Below are positions 60,642-64,000 of a stretch of DNA of 64,000 nucleotides, in pieces. The notes under the pieces are model-generated. The model was not told the origin of the DNA. It did no database searches and worked only from the letters and a program-made list of their open reading frames with translations. The first letter of the stretch is position 1; every line of letters starts with the position of its first letter. A program made the position numbers and the translations under genes. Source of the stretch: an uncultured Gammaproteobacteria bacterium (GTDB lineage Bacteria > Patescibacteriota > Patescibacteriia > UBA1558 > S5-K13); assembly GCA_964424195.1 (NCBI GenBank), contig CAYRHT010000001.1, forward strand, positions 6,102 to 70,101, written 5' to 3'.

Positions 60642-61385
60642 TTAGTCTTGAATTATTACTAAAGTATTTAAACCCTTATTATTACTTTCGGATAAAAAGC
60701 TAAATAATTCAACAACATCTTTATTAGACATAGCAATGCAACCCCAAGTCCATTCATTATACAAAGAAAATCCACCACCATGAATTCCAATTCCGCGGAG
60801 CAGTTTTTGATCGGGGTTTAGGGAGTTAAACTTTCTAATGGCTTTGTCAGTTTCTATCTTAGAGCTTTCTTTTTCAAAATTCATTATTCTTTCTGCCCCA
60901 TCTGAATAGTTGTTAATATAATTTGGTAGAGCAGTATTTAGAGTATTTAATCTCATCCAACGAGACCAACCATTAGTTACTTTATCCATTGTCTCAATTT
61001 TAAATATTCCTTCTGGAGTTTGATCATCTTCCCATATTTTTCGATCTGGTAATTCTCTCTTAATATTAACATTATATTCTTTAATAATTTGATTGTCTTG
61101 GTATAGTTTTAATTTATGCTCATCTTTGTAAATAGCTACTAAGTAACCTTGATGATCGGGAATTCCAATTACAGTTTTTGGGTACTCAGGATGATTATTC
61201 TTTTCATAGATTGTTAAACTTCTTAATTTTAAGGAGTTTAGAATTTTAAAACTTAAATTTTGAAGAAAGTATGTCTTTTTAAAAACAATAAATCCAGTAA
61301 AAAGCAGGATTAGAATTAAAAGGATGATAATTATTTTTTTCTTAGACATAAGTATAATTATTATAGCAATCTTTTGAGTAAACAA
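60642..61385 (-). CDS. L,D-transpeptidase (YkuD) family protein
   Basis: DDQTPEG, IGIHGG...WTWGCIAM; true start may be 61349. Confidence 0.88.
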   Translation of the reverse strand: MFTQKIAIIIILMSKKKIIIILLILILLFTGFIVFKKTYFLQNLSFKILNSLKLRSLTIYEKNNHPEYPKTVIGIPDHQGYLVAIYKDEHKLKLYQDNQIIKEYNVNIKRELPDRKIWEDDQTPEGIFKIETMDKVTNGWSRWMRLNTLNTALPNYINNYSDGAERIMNFEKESSKIETDKAIRKFNSLNPDQKLLRGIGIHGGGFSLYNEWTWGCIAMSNKDVVELFSFLSESNNKGLNTLVIIQD

Positions 61386-61415
61386 AAAACAATCGTTTAA
61401 ACGATTGTTTTTTGA

Positions 61416-61490
61416 TGGAGCGAGTAAGGGGAATCGGACCCCTCTCTCAGCCTTGGCAAGGCCGTGTAATAGCCACTATACGATACTCGC
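61416..61490 (-). tRNA. tRNA-Gly(GCC)
   Basis: CGGCC-tt GCC aa-GGCTG; U73; CCA; T-loop TCCGATT. Confidence 0.92.
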
Positions 61491-61534
61491 CTACCATACG
61501 ATACAAAATAGATATCGTAGGTAAATATTTAGAA

Positions 61535-62059
61535 CTATTTAGTTTCTTCTTTTTTATCTTCAGCTTTCTCTTCTTTAACTTCTGGTTTAACTTCTTCCTT
61601 AGGAGTTTCAGTCTTTTCTTCAGGAGTAGGTTTAGCTGGAGCTTCTTCTTTCTTTTCTTCCTTTGGAGTTTCTTTAGTCGGTTTATCCTCTTTAAGAGCA
61701 TCTTCAGTTTTTGATTCTTTTTTCTCTTCTTTTACCTCTTTAGATTTTTCTTCAGTAGCAGCTTTTTTCTCATCTATTTTAGCAGTTCTTTTTTTACTAA
61801 TCTTTACTGCTTTTTTCTTGTCAGCTTCAATGATACCATTTCTTACAAAAAGATTATGAACTGTGTCAGATGCTTGAGCACCTACTGATAACCAATATTT
61901 TATTCTGTCTTCTTTTAATTCTGTTTCTTTAGTTCGGGGATTATAAAAACCAAGCTTCTCTTTATAGTTAGCCCAAGGATCTTTATGTTTCTCCATGACA
62001 ACGATTCTGTAGATTGGCATTTTTTTTCTACCAATTCTTTTAAATCTAATACTTAACAT
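61535..62059 (-). CDS. rpsP: 30S ribosomal protein S16 with long K/E-rich tail
   Basis: MLSIRFKRIGRKKMPIYRIVV...LGFYNP...YWLSVGAQASDTV. Confidence 0.96.
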   Translation of the reverse strand: MLSIRFKRIGRKKMPIYRIVVMEKHKDPWANYKEKLGFYNPRTKETELKEDRIKYWLSVGAQASDTVHNLFVRNGIIEADKKKAVKISKKRTAKIDEKKAATEEKSKEVKEEKKESKTEDALKEDKPTKETPKEEKKEEAPAKPTPEEKTETPKEEVKPEVKEEKAEDKKEETK

Positions 62060-62143
62060 ATTTTGAATTTTTAATAATTAAAAAAGCGTTTTGTGACGTT
62101 CGCTGCTAGTATGATAATGTTTTTTTAGCCCAATGTCAAGCCT

Positions 62144-64000
62144 TTAATCACTATATTGTTCAGCTTGGTTGAAACTTATAGATAGTAGTTTAGAAATACT
62201 ATTATCATCCATTGTTACACCATAGAGTCTATCAGCCTTATGCATAGTAGCTCTATTATGGGTGATACAGATGAATTGAGTCTTATCCTTAAGATTATCA
62301 ACAATTTCAGCAAAACGCTCAGAATTAGCCTCATCTAGGGCTGCATCTACTTCGTCTAATACTACAAAAGGAGAAGGATTATTATAGATAATAGCGCAAA
62401 TTAAGGCAATGGAAGTTAAAGCCTTTTCACCACCTGATAGAAAGGTCATATTAGCTTGTTTTTTACCAGGAAGTTTTACTGAAATAAGAATATCAGAAAT
62501 AATCTCTGTTTTTCCTTCATAGGTTTTGTTTTTGATTTCTTCAACTACTTCTTGATCATCTTTTTCTTTAGAATCTTCTTCATTACTTTCTTCATCTTCT
62601 TTCTCTTCTTTTAGTTCCCGAGGAACTTCTTTCTTAATCGTTAAATTAGCATGTCCACCACTAAATAGTATTTGGAAATATTTATTGAAAGTTTCATTTA
62701 TCTTTTTAAAGTTTTGATGGAATCTTTCTTCTATCTTAATATTTAAGTCATCAATAATTTTCTTTAAGTTTTGAGAAGCTTTTTCTAAATCAACTATTTG
62801 TTTTTCTAAGAATTCATGTTTAGTTTTAACTTCATCAAATTCATTTTGAATGTCTTCTTCAATACCACCAATCTGACTAAGTTGTCTTTTGTATTTATTG
62901 ATTTCATTAAAGACTTCATTTTTATTAAGATCTTCAATATCATAATTTAGTTTCTCTTTATCTATTTCTTCATATTCTATTTCTCTATTTAAGTCTTCAT
63001 AATGAGCCTGATGTCTAGCTAGTTCAATATTTATATCTTGGATCTTTGAATTTTCTTTATTGAGTTCTTCTTGAATATTTCTAGCTTCTCTTTGCATCTC
63101 AAAGAGAGACTTTCTGTTTTCTTCATTTTTAGTATTTAAATTATCAAGTTCTTCCTTAGTTTCGGCTATGTCTTCCTCAAGTTTGTTAATTTTTTTATCA
63201 ATACTTTTAACCATTTCTTGAATTTCTTCATGAGCTTCAGTTTTGTCTTGAGAGTCAGCCATTTTTATCTCTAAAACAATTTTTTCTAATTTAGATTCTA
63301 TTTCAGATTGTCTACTTTCTAAGTTTTTTATTTTAATTTCAATAAGGCTCTTAGTGTTCTTTAATTCATAGATTTCATTAACATAAGAATCTTTATTTTT
63401 TAGATATTCTTGAAATTTATTCTGCAATTCTTTGTAATTTGTATTTTCTTCTCCAGAACCTTCTTGATTCATTCTTTTACTTAAGAATTCAATTTCCTTA
63501 CTAATGAAATATATTTCTTTCTTTAGTTCTTGATGAGCAATTTCTTCAATATTCTTAATAATTTCTTGAATTTTAGTATTTAAAGATTTAATCTTATTCT
63601 TAATTTCATTATCATCAGATTCGCTATTGTTTTCTAAGCTTTCTTCTAATTGAGATTGAATTTTATTTATTTTATTTACAAATTCATCTTGTTTTTCTGT
63701 TTTTTCTTCTAAGTCTTTTGTAATTTGAGTAAGATTGCTTTTATATTTCTCTAATTCTTTATCATTATTAGTTTTTTCTTCTTCTAATTCAGTTTTTTGA
63801 CTATTTAACCAATTTAAATTATCTTTCCCGCTATTAGAGAATTCTAAGTTAAGTTTTCCTTCATAAACAATTTTATCACGAACTAATTTATTCTTTTTAT
63901 TAGTTAATTCATTGTATTTTTCTTGAATTTCTTCAAATTGTTGGGAATAAGAGTTTTTAGATTCCTCTTTATTCAATTTATCTTGAATTTCATTAAGTTC
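62144..64000 (-). CDS. smc: Chromosome segregation protein SMC, C-terminal part (starts beyond window)
   Basis: Coiled coil, then LFSGG, LSGGEKALT, PSPFVVLDEVDAALDEAN, QFICITHN; frame stays open to 64000. Confidence 0.95.
   Translation of the reverse strand, partial: ELNEIQDKLNKEESKNSYSQQFEEIQEKYNELTNKKNKLVRDKIVYEGKLNLEFSNSGKDNLNWLNSQKTELEEEKTNNDKELEKYKSNLTQITKDLEEKTEKQDEFVNKINKIQSQLEESLENNSESDDNEIKNKIKSLNTKIQEIIKNIEEIAHQELKKEIYFISKEIEFLSKRMNQEGSGEENTNYKELQNKFQEYLKNKDSYVNEIYELKNTKSLIEIKIKNLESRQSEIESKLEKIVLEIKMADSQDKTEAHEEIQEMVKSIDKKINKLEEDIAETKEELDNLNTKNEENRKSLFEMQREARNIQEELNKENSKIQDINIELARHQAHYEDLNREIEYEEIDKEKLNYDIEDLNKNEVFNEINKYKRQLSQIGGIEEDIQNEFDEVKTKHEFLEKQIVDLEKASQNLKKIIDDLNIKIEERFHQNFKKINETFNKYFQILFSGGHANLTIKKEVPRELKEEKEDEESNEEDSKEKDDQEVVEEIKNKTYEGKTEIISDILISVKLPGKKQANMTFLSGGEKALTSIALICAIIYNNPSPFVVLDEVDAALDEANSERFAEIVDNLKDKTQFICITHNRATMHKADRLYGVTMDDNSISKLLSISFNQAEQYSD

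Overview
Low-GC chromosomal window from a Patescibacteria (CPR)-type bacterium, inferred from 16S signatures, gene content and AT-rich core-gene leaders with no Shine-Dalgarno; standard genetic code. About 57 kb is housekeeping: rplS, lspA, nrdDG, trmD, khpA, a 16S rRNA not followed by 23S, 11 tRNAs, polA, holA, rpsT, truB fusion, ruvA, femAB-murE, HU, ymdB-rny, clpP, nrnA-rbfA-infB, rpsA, ftsH, pilB/gspE, rpsP and smc. The first 6.75 kb is an integron-like element: a 278-aa tyrosine recombinase lacking the IntI-specific insertion, a divergent attI-like site, and at least five minus-strand cassettes separated by four atypical branched attC-like sites. The main unexplained structure is that each complete cassette is bracketed by its own 55-95 nt imperfect terminal inverted repeats, with compensatory changes, which would extend the att hairpin only in the excised circle. 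Cargo includes a radical SAM enzyme with an XYG-motif partner (candidate splicease system) and a CsoR-regulated ABC transporter. Other points of interest: an orphan PemK/MazF toxin facing a promoter-driven small structured RNA (candidate RNA antitoxin), a tRNA-Ile with UAU anticodon, a nucleotidyltransferase-TruB fusion, a beta-barrel-like protein, and Shine-Dalgarno use restricted to accessory genes. All calls come from reading the sequence by eye; no searches were run.
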